The position numbers and the translations under genes were made by a program. Positions 12,260 through 23,905 of a stretch of 64,000 nucleotides of DNA are shown one piece after another. Under the pieces are notes generated by a model that was not told where the DNA came from, made no database searches, and was given only the letters and a program-made list of their open reading frames with translations. The stretch is from Callorhinchus milii (lineage: Eukaryota). Every line of letters begins with the position of its first letter. Position 1 is the stretch's first letter. The stretch covers positions 90,584,001 through 90,648,000 of the forward strand of contig NW_024704743.1 of assembly GCF_018977255.1 (NCBI RefSeq), given 5' to 3'.

Positions 12260-12739
12260 TGTATGGGCTTCAACTCCTTCTGTCCAATGAGCAAAGCCTA
12301 GTTGTCAGAGTGAGACCATAAGGGGTAGAGATAGTGTAGCACTCCGGGACGCTACCACCCATGAAGGGTGCTATATAAATGCAAGTTGTCGTAGCCTCAT
12401 CTGCCTTTTTCTTGCCAGTTGTATATGTGATATGTTCTTTGTCAGAAACCTGTTCTACAGGTGTGAATGTCTTCTTCATTGTGTGCAGGTAAGTGTATGC
12501 TTGTGATTTGATGTTAATGAAGCCTCCCATGTCGAACTCGCCATGATGTCTGTGCCTGATTTCCAACTCCCTTTCAAGTTATCATGCTATTTTATGATTG
12601 TATTTTTATTTTATCTAATTGTTTTTCAGACTTCTGGCTAGATCTCAGATGCTTTGTAGACTTGAATTAAACAAATTATACAGTTGCTATACAACTATGT
12701 CCTGAATGTGGCTACATAAACTGTACAACTGGCTGGAAC

Positions 12740-13000
12740 AACATAGGAAAGGTTAAAGAATCAGGATGTAGATTAAAAGTCAGACTTCTAGGGTAGTAGT
12801 CTCTAGATTATTAGTTGAGCTACGCAGAGGACCAGACAGGAAGGCACAGAGTAGGCTTGTGACTGTGTGGCTTGATGAATGGTACAAAAGGGAGACATTG
12901 AGAGACAATGAGATCATTTCTAAGAAAGGAGGGAGCTGTTCAGGAAGTAAAAGCTTAACCTAAACTAAAATGGAAATAATGTTCTAGTGGGAGCAATTCA
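12740..13000 (+). mobile_element. Degenerate CR1 ORF1-like fragment
   Basis: agattaaaagtcagacttctagggtagtagtctctagattattagttgagctacgc translates RLKVRLLG in one frame and QTSRVVVSRLLVELR in another. This resembles the CR1 ORF1 esterase region; recognised from memory only. Confidence 0.45.
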
Positions 13001-13019
13001 ACTAATGAGCTGAGTGGAG

Positions 13020-13405
13020 AACGCCTCAAAGTGCTTCACTAGATTTACTGTAAAGCGCAGTGACTGTATTTTGTGAACAAACATGGCAGCTCATTTGGGC
13101 ACAGTAATGTCCACAAACAGGCATAATTGAATGAACAGTTTTATCTGGAAGATTGTTGGCGACAACATTGGGAGAAACTCCTTTCTCATTTCAAGTGGTA
13201 CTATGCGATCCACCTGAACAGGCAGACAGAATTTTGGTTTTAAAGTCTCATCAAAAAGAACAACCCATTTGACAAAGCAGTACATCTCCAGCACTGCATT
13301 CGAGTGTCAGTTTAGACTATGTGAGTTCAATGTCCCAAAATAGAGCTTGAACTCACAACCTTCTGATTCAGAGGCAAGAGTGCTAACAATTGAGCCAGGC
13401 CAACA
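13020..13405 (-). mobile_element. Older SINE, near full length
   Basis: Head cttgaactcacaaccttctgattcagaggcaagagtgctaacaattgagccaggc, central ccacctgaacaggcagac, 3' part aaagtgcttcac. Confidence 0.8.
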
Positions 13406-15008
13406 TCTAAACAATGATTAGTGAATCACTGTCTATTATTTTATTTTTAATTATTTTGTTTTAGCTACTAGACGTGAAGCGTGCTATATAAATGTTTTTG
13501 TACCTCCTGACTTATGGACTAGGTAAAGACTAAGATATCTAGTACTTTTCCTTGTGCTCTTCATTAATCTCACAAGTATGTTTATCCAAATCACATGCCC
13601 GAGTAAAAAAATCAAATTAACCGCTTTCAATAAATACATTGTCCTTTTAATGTAACAACTTTAGGTTCATGGTTCAACATCATGGCTCAACATGTTACAA
13701 ATATATGTGTAATGAATGACAGCTTAAAATCCTTGTGGATTTAAGGTATGGAAACCAGTCGCATTAAAACTAAATGGCGAGCATTTTAATATGATAAATT
13801 AATTGATTTTTATCTTTAAGTGATTCACAGACGAGTAAATACCTTTGCATGAAAATTTAGATACAAATCAATAAATAAACTTTATCTTCTGAAGTATCAA
13901 ACACCTTCTTACAATTGTCTAGAGCAGAGAAAACAGGTTAAGATATGATCCTAAGTAACGTAGATAAACTAATAGAAACAGTTCATAACACTGTATCTAA
14001 AGCAGTGTTTTTTAAGATTCTGCAAACAGCACAATTACAAGGAATGCCTTTGCTTGAGGGCTGCTCTCCGGAATGCTGCAATGCACTGCACCCTCCATTC
14101 ACCATACGATGAGATTGTACGTTTAATCATTCCACTGGCCATTTGCCAAGGAAAGGGGAGCACCGTTTATTTAAAGATATAGATCCTATAGAGCACTTTC
14201 ACTTGCTTTATAGATGCTCGAATAAAACTGTCACTTGGTGAAGCGATGGATCACAGTTCTGGCAGTGTCCCACAGTTAGGCGAGCCCAAAATACAGAGCA
14301 GCAGGTCTGCCAAAGGCCAAAAGTGAATGAGAAGAGAGCTGTGAATGGTCCATTGTGAACACTGTATTCCAGTGTATTACTGTCGAAGCCCTGAATATTT
14401 GGAGATTCTTTCCTCAGATTGAGATGTTAAAATTACTACCTTTATTCAGGCGGACAATAAGATCCCATGAGACTATTTGAAAAGAGAAGAGAGTTTATCC
14501 CAGTATCCCAGCTACCAATCCTCCAGATAACTCGATCATTCACCTCATGGCATTAATTAAATTTTCTGTGTGCAAAATGTTCACTACATTTATCAAAAAC
14601 AGTACACTCAACAACAATTGCTACTTTTAGTTGTAATTGTACAAATGTAGCACTGTAAGTCCTTTTATACACTGTGAGGTGACAAATGCTGCTTTCAATG
14701 CCTTAATTATCACACCAACAAATACTGCAATCCAAACCTATCTTTAACTATTGATAATTTTGGTTGTAAACATCACTCACCTCCACTTTGGCACAAAAGT
14801 TTGGTCCAAAGACTGTTTCCAAAATATTACTCACTTAATGATGATAGGCATAGTTCTTTTTGTTAATCTTGTAGCCAGTGTTTAAATGCTGCTTCTCTGC
14901 ACGCCAGTTTTCCTACTTTATCCTACTTGTGGCTACAACAATAACCTACATTTATATAGCACCCTTCATGTGGGTAGCATATTGAAGCGCTTGAAGCTGA
15001 AGCCATTT

Positions 15009-15369
15009 ATAATAATCCTTGCATTTGAAAAAGCTCCTTTTCACATCTTCGAGACGTCTCAAAGCACTTAACAGAATATACTGTAAAGTGAATTGACTGT
15101 ATATTTTGTGGGTGAAACGCAACAGTGAATTGCGCAAAGCAGTGTCCCACAAACATTCATGGAGTGAGTAACCAATTTTTTTTAAGAGATTATTATCCCT
15201 GGAAAAGCGATCTGGCAATCGATTAACAACCGAGTTCCTACTTACTGCTAGGTAAACAGAGGCGTGTGGAGTAAGGAAACTTCCCCAACATTTCGCCCTG
15301 CCAGGGAATCAAACCCAAGTCCTCTCGTTTGTGAAGTGAGTGCTCTAACCACTAAGCTACAGGACTCCA
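15009..15369 (-). mobile_element. tRNA-derived SINE, long form
   Basis: Tail ataataatccttgcatttg, internal ccctggaaaagcgatctggcaatcgattaacaaccgagttcctacttactgctaggtaaacagagg, head gctacaggactcca. Duplicate at ~57783-58143. Confidence 0.92.
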
Positions 15370-16662
15370 AGATTTGCCACAACTAGTCCAGGCCGATGCT
15401 TACACTCCAAGTGATCCTCCACCCATCCTTATCCGCCCTTTTCTAGTCCCCCACACCCATTTCTCTCTCATAGCTGCATGGAACACTACTTTCTGCAATG
15501 AGAAACAATAAGTAGAGCACTTATTCTATGTGAAACTCTGCCATCACACCCCTGAAGTTTTCCCATCTAACTTCTACACTTGAGTTCAGTTGATAGTTTG
15601 AACCTTTTTCCAAGTCACAGTGAATATTATTGAGCTATGGTCACTGTCACCTGGAAGATCAACTACAGTAAAATCCTGATAACTTGTCACTTCAGGAGAA
15701 AAGGGCTTAATGACGGAGTAGTGAGCTAGGAATACATAAATACATAAATAAATTAGTTAATAAGGTAACTGCCCCCAGTGGGATCCCTGATGCAGTGCCT
15801 CAGGAAACAGTCAATGCATTACATTACAATGTGGTAGAAGTTTTATATCCACATCATACTTTTTTAAGGATGGATTTTACGTTCAGTTCATGTACCAATT
15901 GAAACAACTCATTGTCCAGTTAATGGCAATAGGCAGACATGTATCTTACTGGTCCTTCCTTCTTCCACTAACCAAGAGGTGTCCAGGTTGCACATACAGT
16001 TCGGTCTCCACGCACAATTTTCACTTCATGCAGTTTTCGTACACCCTCACTTTATGAATTCAGATTCTAATTCAGAAAACCTGTTTAAAACTTAATAGTT
16101 ATGTTTTCTGAGGGGAGTGTACCAGAATTAACTTTTTAGAGTGTTCTTTGTTGCTGTGCATATTATGATGTATATGTGTGCATTCAGTCAGCCACTGAAC
16201 TGATCAAATTACTGTTGGAAATCACAGTGATTTTCCATCGAATAATACAGCTGCTGATTAAATACATGTCTCTTGGCGTGGACAATTGAAAGGCTGCCTA
16301 ACTGTTTGAAAACTACCAGGTGTGGAGTCACTCTGACATAATAGTAACCTGTTCTTAAACAATTAATTAAAAAATAAAAATGTATTTTCACATACCTTAT
16401 TGTACATGGCATCTGTACATACAATACAATACAAATTTACATTTATATAGCACCTTTCACATTGGGAGGACATGTATATATAATGGATGGTTGTATATAA
16501 CATGTCTATATAATATAGTTATATAAAACATTTGCATATAACATGATTGTATATAACATCTATACATTCATATAGATTTATTTAAATTGTACAGCACAGA
16601 ATCAAGCTATTAGTGCCAACTGTGTCAGCATTTATATTCCACATGAATCTCCACTCACTCAT

Positions 16663-18005
16663 CGAATCATAGAATCATAGAATCGTACAGCCCAAAAAGA
16701 GGCCATTCGGCCCATCGAGTCTGTGCCGGCTCTTTGAAAAGAGCAATGTAATGTCAATTCCACTCCCCAGCGCTTTCCCCATAACCCTGCAAACCCGTCC
16801 TCCTCAAATACCTGTCCACCACGTTTTTAAAAGTAGTTATCAAATCGGCCTCGACCACCCTTTCAGGTAATGCGTTCCAGATTCGAACAACTCACTGCGT
16901 GAAAAAAATTCTTCTCACCTCCCCTCTGCTTCTTTTGGAGACTATTTTGATTCTGTGACCTCGAGTCACCGACACACCCACCAGTGGAAACAGATTTTCC
17001 CTTTCCATCCTATCAAATCCCCTCATGATTTTGAAGACCTCTATTAGGTCTCCTCGTAACCTTCTCTGCTCCAATGAGAATAATCCCAGCCTCTCCAGCC
17101 TTTCCTCATAATCAAGGTCCCTCATTCCTGGTACCATCCTCATAAATCTCCTCTGCACCCTTTCCAATGCCTTAACATCCTTCCTATAGTGTGGTGCCCA
17201 GAACTGGCGCACTATTCTAACTGAGGCCTAACCAGTGTTTTATATAGGTTAATCATAACCTCCTGACTCTTGTACTCTATGCCCCTATTTATAAAGCCTA
17301 ATATCTCATATGCCATTTTTACAGCTTTATCTACCTGTCCTGCCACCTTCAAGGATTCATTTACCTGAACCCCCAGGTCTCTCTGTTCTTTTACCCCCTT
17401 AAGATTGTATTACCAGCCTATATTGCCTCCCCTCATTCTTTCTACCAAAATGCATTACCTCTCATTTCTCCACATTGAAATTCATCTGCCATGTGTCTGC
17501 CCATTTTACCATTCTGTCTACGTCTTCCTGCAGTTGGCTACTATCTTTCTCACTGTTTACTACCCTATCCAACTTTGTGTAGTCCGCAAACTTGAAAATG
17601 GCACTTGCTATACCCAAGTCCAGATCATTTATGTATATTAAGAAGAGCAGTGATCCTAATATCGATCCCTGGGGGACGCTACTGTACACTTCCCTCCAAT
17701 CAGAAAAGCAGCCGTTCACCACAACTCTCTGCTTTCTGTCTCCCAGCCAGTTCTGGATCCATGCTGCCACTGTCCCTTTTATACCATGGGCTTCTATCTT
17801 TCTCACAAGTCTTTCATGTGGCACTTTGTCAAATGCCTTTTGAAACTCCATATAAACTACATCAACTGCACTACCTTTATCCACCCTCTCTGTTACCTAA
17901 TCGAAAAATTCTATTAGATATGTTAGACAAGATTTGCCTTTAACAAATCCGTGCCGGCTGTCCCTAATTAACCCATATTCTTCTAAGTGAAGATTTATTC
18001 TGACC
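16663..18005 (-). mobile_element. CR1 LINE, 5'-truncated ORF2 3' half plus 3' UTR (copy 1)
   Basis: ORFs AVDVVYMEFQKAFDKVPHERL, VPQGSILG, KFADYTKL, WQMNFNVEK, QFWAPHYRKDVKALERVQRRF, LFSLEQRRLRGDLIEVFKIM. Octamer tail gaatcatagaatcatagaatc is (GATTCTAT)n on -, typical of CR1. Confidence 0.96.
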
Positions 18006-18579
18006 CGGATTTATTCACTCCCAAAACTTGATATTCCCTCACCCTCATGTGATTATCTAGCTTCCTCTTAAATGCATGTATAAATGTATAAAGGATGGTT
18101 GTATCTATAATTTCTATTTAACATTTTTGTGTATTACATCTGTGTATAACATGGTTGTATATAACAGATGGTTATATATAACAAGAGGAATTAAATGTAA
18201 TGGTGGAAATGGATCACTTGTTCATCTGTGACTCAAACCTAATTCCATGCCATGTACACTCCCAAGATAGTTATACAAGACAAGCATTTGATTTGCTCGG
18301 CATATGCTTGTATCAGCAGGAAAACATTTAGCAGTCTGGCTGTAAGTGGAATACAATGTAACAGTGATCTCAAGTCATTACAATAATGTACTGTTAAAAA
18401 CTGCCTACTGGGGTCAAATGTTGTGTACCTATCCTTAAAATAGGGCAATGATGCCTGTAATTACAATAAAGCCTGTAATTACAATAAAATCTGCAATTAC
18501 CCTCAACTAATTATCTGCAAAGTTTTTGCAGCTTTCCCTTTTGGGCAGCGATTGACATGGGTGGTTGGAGCAAGTCATA

Positions 18580-18902
18580 ATAATAATAATAATAATCCTT
18601 GCATTTGATATAGCGCTTTTCACGTCGGGAGGACGTCCCAAAGCGCTACACAGAATATACTGTAAAGTGAATTGACTGTATATTTGTGGGCGAAACGCGG
18701 CAGCCAATTGCGCACAGCAATGTCCCACAAACAGTCATGGATTGAAAATGACCAATTTTATTATTGTTTTGGGTTTTGGAGGGATTATTATTAGGCGTGT
18801 GGAGTAAGGAAACTTGCCCAAGGTTTCGCCCTCTGCCTGGAATTGAACTCAGGTCTCTCACTTGCAAAGCGAGTGCTCTAACCACTGAGCTACAGGACTC
18901 CA
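18580..18902 (-). mobile_element. Young tRNA-Ala SINE with 4-bp TSD (CATA), present in copy 1 only
   Basis: Copy 1 reads caagtCATA-ataataat...ggactcca-CATAgtcgc. Copy 2 (61340-61353) reads caagtCATAgtcgc. Confidence 0.97.
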
Positions 18903-21900
18903 CATAGTCGCAGGGGTGTAACAGTTGCAGGAATATTGCACATTTCCTTATAAAATCTAGGTTCCATTGATTAACCCGGGGTCTAGAAATGAAAAAACAC
19001 TGCTAAGCGTGATCACCTTGTTGAGCTCTTTAACTATATCATCAGAGGACCTCTTACATGCCAGGCTGTGATGGGTGTGACTCTTACCACTTGCTGTACA
19101 GTGTCAGCATCACTGAGCGCTGTCCACAGAAAATGTCTCCGCTATTGAACCACCCAAAAAGAACATACATTTCCTTCTACTCTTAATCCTTTGGCTCTTT
19201 GGTTCCCATAAGTTCTCCCCCTGGTGTGAACAGGGGAAAATTCAACATTAATTACACTGGAGCCTCCTCCCAATACCATCCAGAGAACGTATTTTCAAGA
19301 GTAGTGCAATTTACACTCACTCCAGTATAAATGTGGGGATATAAATTGCATCAATCCTGCTATCTGTTGATCCATTGAAAACTACAGCAACTTTAAACAG
19401 ACTGTTTTTCAATCATCTGATTGTCTACATTTAGAATATAAGCTTTTGGTTCAAGGGGCATAATGGTAACAGTCACTTCTCGTTTTAATTTTATTTCTGA
19501 ACTTCAGAACTTCTGAAGTGTGCTTTTCCCAAAATGTTTAGACCAAGTACATCAGCTGACAGTAGGCCATCTACTCATAAAATAGGTCATTGGTCATAAC
19601 TTCCCTCTTCTGTTATAGTGTTTTTACCCACCTTCAATTGTCTCTGTAATTATAAAATTGTATGTTGTACTAAATCACAATAGTTAATGCCTTACAGTAG
19701 AACACTGCTTACCTGCTTGCCAATTATCCACGTGTCCAGTAATCTTCACTGGGTTCTGAAGCATAGTGGATGTGAGGTCACAAGATACTAGCCAAAGCAT
19801 TTAGTCACGTAACTGTGTGAGGTTACTAGGAAAGTAATTTTCCCTGACAGCATGACTACATTGCTTCCCTCGTAACCTTGCATACATGTTCACAACTTCA
19901 TTCATGTGGACACTGGATCTTTTTTTTTTGCTTGTAGTGGAAAAGTAAGCATGACCCATGTAAGAAAATGTAGTAGACATAAAGTCGTAGTGAGAGATAG
20001 AAAGTTAGAGATTTGGAAGGAGAAAGAAAAAGTTAGTGGGAGGGCATCAGAGAAAAAGGGTTGGCACAGTGCAGTATATTCATGACATTATAACCTGATG
20101 TATCAATGTTTCAGCACTGTAGCCAATTTGCATGATGTCCAATTATCTGCACTGTTTGCATATCTGCAATGGGACTAATCTGGACTAGTGTAGATGTAGA
20201 TAATTATCTCTCTCCTACACTTTAAATTCCAAAGCATCTTATTGACCTTTGCAAGATACTTGGCACTACAATGCATAATGTCTGCTGTAGGTTTTATGTT
20301 TTGGTTATAATGAAACACGTTGTATATTGAATCCATATGGGCAGATTATTGGAGCTGTCCCAGTTATACTAGATGCCCTCAGCATGGTAACGCATATAAA
20401 ATTCTTATTTATATTCCCATGTGTCCAAATAACTGTTTTATGTTATTAGTTTCCAGCAGAAACAGGTTAGACGGTGGGGGTGGGTGGGAGGGGATGGGGG
20501 GCGTGGAAGCACAACAGCTGCTGCTTGTGTTACAGTTAAGTTAATATGTTCAGCCAGTGCAGCAAGCGAGATTCAGCACAGAGTCTCTTTGCGCACCGAG
20601 TGATTTTTGTGATGTTCGCGAATTGTACGTTAATTAACGTCACCGCTAATTAGCAGTGATCATTGTGAACTAATATTGAATGGGGTGGAAGTTTGCAAGC
20701 TGTTTCCACCTGTTCATGATTCCAAAATTAGAAGCCTTAAAGATCTAACAAAGATCCATTATTGCCGCAATCCAGTTTTCAAACTCAATCTGCCATTGTA
20801 TTGGGTTTCCATTCTTGAGGCCTACAGGGTATTGTCCTTTAGAGAGGTTTTGTTTGATGTAATAATTATTTTCAATGCTGAATCTTTAGAAAACAAGCAA
20901 AATTCCCTTCGTCTCCAGTTTAGCCCAGAAAATATTGTTAATAATTGAGGTTTTTAGAATACCTTACCACAAATGTTGTTCTGGCTGAGTCCATAAAGGC
21001 ATTTGAAAGGGGTCTTGATAAATAGTCTTGATAAACCAGCACAGATACGATGGACAGGTTAACTTCCTTCCGTGTTGTAAAGTCTTATGATTCTACTTCA
21101 TAATAAGGCAATATCTTACTCTTTGCTCTGGGACGCAACACTTGTGTGCTGTGCTTTGTTTCCTCCTGTCTGGCTGTCAGTGTGTGCTCCAGTTAGTTTG
21201 GCACACAATATAGGTTTAGCAATTAAAAAATCCTAGCAACGGCCAGAGAATGTTCAGAATGCCTGGGAGAAATCTCCAGTACATGAAACCTCATTGTGTT
21301 CTCTCTTCATCTGAATGAGTTATGATACTAATAGTCAGAGCTCCCACAGACATTAAAGTCGGACCAATCTAATTACAAGGAGGAAAATAAAGTCTGCATG
21401 CATACAATAGTTGTTTTTAAGTACCATATTCTGACAAAAGCACATGGAAATTACAAGGAATTTTCAGTGTTTGCTTTTTAAAGATCGAAAATCTCCAGAA
21501 ATATTATTTGAAGTATATACTGTACCCGTGATAATGTTTAATTTTGGGTGCAAATGGAAAGAGGTAGTGAGTGTACTTTCCAGAAAATGAAGCAGCTACA
21601 AAGGGCATCGCTAAACTGAAGTCAGCCACAAACACGTAACAATACTTTGCATAGAAGCTACTTTATACAGCAACAAAGCAAATTGATGTGGGACCGTTAA
21701 TAGTTTCACAAGTATTACAAGAGGCTCACTGGAGATCAGTATACAGAGTTGCGAGCACTTATTGTCAATCTGTCTCATTCTCCGTTTGGATATTTCGAAA
21801 TTGAAATAAAATGTTATTCTTTCTCAGTAAAAATCACTTTCTATTTACAGCAGCAAAAGTGAACCACTACAACAGAATCATTGAGCTGCACTGTGAAGTG

Positions 21901-21956
21901 CAGTGTTGACAACAAAAGTAGAAATAACCAATGAGAAGTGGGCCTCAAGAAATATA

Positions 21957-21962
21957 TTTATT
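21957..21962 (-). promoter_or_regulatory. Putative polyadenylation signal (AATAAA) of DIPK1C
   Basis: tttatt on + is AATAAA on -, ~410 nt past the stop. It is followed on the minus strand by U/GU-rich sequence (ggttatttctacttttgttgtc). Confidence 0.55.
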
Positions 21963-22374
21963 GTAAAAGATTATCGCTGTTTTGAACAACGTGAATCAAA
22001 ATGCTTCAATTTCTAAAAAAAAATCTGTAGGAAAAATACTATAAGTCATGTATTAACTGTTTACACTTTGACCTCAAGACTGAAGTGTGTGTTGTAAAAT
22101 ATATATGTCTCAGCTGTTCATGGTAATCTCCAACCCTATTTATACAAACACCTGCATTAAAATGTAACCTGAAATGGGTCAATTCAGGTCACTTGAGATC
22201 CTCAGTTGGGTTTGATGTTTGTTTGGACTCAAAAGAACCTGGAGTTGCTTCTGATGTTCGTGTCCTTCTCCAGAACAATGTTCACTCCATCACAATGCAC
22301 AAGGGCTCAAGGTTCAATTCCAAAGGTCAGTTCTTTCGCCTGCTTAATAGTCAATTTATGGTATAATGTCACAT

Positions 22375-22572
22375 TTATCTCTGCCAGGCCTTGAGCAAAT
22401 CATACAGCTCCAAGAATGTAACCTCCATCGTTTTCTTGTCTGTAACGCCATGGATGGACAACTCAGAACACCTCAGCACTGCATTACGCAGCTGAGATTG
22501 CAGTGGGTGATACATCCTAAGTTCACTCAGCTTTGAGATAAATAAGGGACGGAAAATTTTATCACAAATAAC
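22375..22572 (-). CDS. DIPK1C: DIPK1C/FAM69C terminal coding exon (65 aa + stop)
   Basis: Not in the ORF track; read by hand. Acceptor tgttttttcacag|GTT ATT TGT GAT AAA ATT TTC CGT gives VICDKIFRPLFISKLSELRMYHPLQSQLRNAVLRCSELSIHGVTDKKTMEVTFLELYDLLKAWQR*. It splices in frame to the previous exon to give NLQ|VICDKIFR, the FAM69C junction as I recall it. Confidence 0.9.
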   Translation of the reverse strand, partial: VICDKIFRPLFISKLSELRMYHPLQSQLRNAVLRCSELSIHGVTDKKTMEVTFLELYDLLKAWQR

Positions 22573-23397
22573 CTGTGAAAAAACAAGAGATCAAATCAGT
22601 CTTTAGATCCGAGGCCGGCAATAGTTTCATAGTTACAGGCCACAATTAGAAACTACTAATAGTTTAAGGAAAAGGTAACTTGTTCAATGCACCGATGGAC
22701 AGTGAACTGACTGACTCCTTCCAAATCTCCACTGGACTTTGGAAGGAGCCAGTTTTACACAAATTGACATACCTGTTACTTTGAGATCTGTGGACAGCAC
22801 TGTGTGAGCCCCATTACATGGTTGCAATTTGGGCCAGATCAGATCAACCAGACCCCAGAAACCCACCTTGGACAGCTTCAGGCTTGTGCCATGATATCTG
22901 CAAAATTATCCCTCTCCCTATACTGCCTGGTTAGTAGTATTATCTGCCCTCTGGCTTAATATGCTGATGGAGATGCCTCATGTAAGGGAGGCAGTTGAGA
23001 GCAGCAGAGTTTTGTTTTGGTGATGCAGATCTTATTTCAATTGATGAAAGTAAGAAAGCATCACCTGCAAGGAAGGGTCCTATCCCCCAGTGAATCAATG
23101 GAATGAGGTTGGTAGGAAAGCCTCATACAACAACAACAACAACAAGATTCCATTTATAAAGCGCCTTTCACATCAGGAGGACGTCCCATTGACTTCATAG
23201 AAGTCAAACCAGTTATAAAATGTCATGTCATTTATCCCTATAATTCAAAATGTTACCATAAATCATTGGTAATGCAATGATTTTGAAAAATGAGCCAAAG
23301 GTAGTGTCTGACATCACATGGTGTAGGATTCTTTTTATAAATGAGGTGGGGGAAGAAGTTCAACACATTCTTTTCCCTTTAAGAGATGGTGAAGATT

Positions 23398-23905
23398 GAC
23401 AACAAGTTGCATTGATATAGCGCCCAATCACATAGGATAACTAATGTCTTGGAGCACTGAACATGAACGGAGTTGGACAACGAGCAAGGGAGAATGGGGA
23501 GGTGACTGTAGGCATGTTCAAAGAGGTAGGTTTTGAGCTGAGACTTCAAGAACGAAATAGAGGGGTGAGCTGAAGAGAAGAGGGAAGGAGGGAATCCAAA
23601 GATTCGGTCGTAGGAATTAAAGGCTCACTCACCAATAATGGCACGGTGAGGGTGGGAATGCACTGCAAGCCTTGGGTAGAGGATCGGAGGTCAAGTGTGG
23701 AGGAGTAGGGTAAGAGAACATTGGAGAGATAAGGAAATGTCAGGGTGTGGATGGATTTATAGATCAGGGTGAGGATCTTGAAATTGATCCACTGCGAATC
23801 AGGGAGCCAAAGGAGACTGGCGAGGACAAGAATGATGGGCATGTGGAGTTTGGTGCATCTGAGGATGTGGGCATTGGAGTTTTGGATGAGTTGCAGCTTG
23901 TGAAG
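23398..23905 (-). mobile_element. L2 LINE 3' fragment in the DIPK1C last intron
   Basis: ORF LASLLWLPDSQWINFKILTLIYKSIHTLTFPYLSNVL is L2 ORF2 C-terminus-like. Tail acaacaagttgcattgatatagcgc. Confidence 0.85.

Larger units (their letters stand above)
1..21555 (+). repeat. Copy 1 of a long near-identical direct duplication
   Basis: Position 1 (gaactgggggatgttgg) equals 43061, and 21555 equals 64000. The ORF track repeats with offsets 43060, 43082, 42773 and 42445 as indels accumulate. Confidence 0.99.

Noticed and set aside
18453..18500. 18-bp tandem duplication gcctgtaattacaataaa
   Set aside because: Ordinary slippage duplication, present in both copies.
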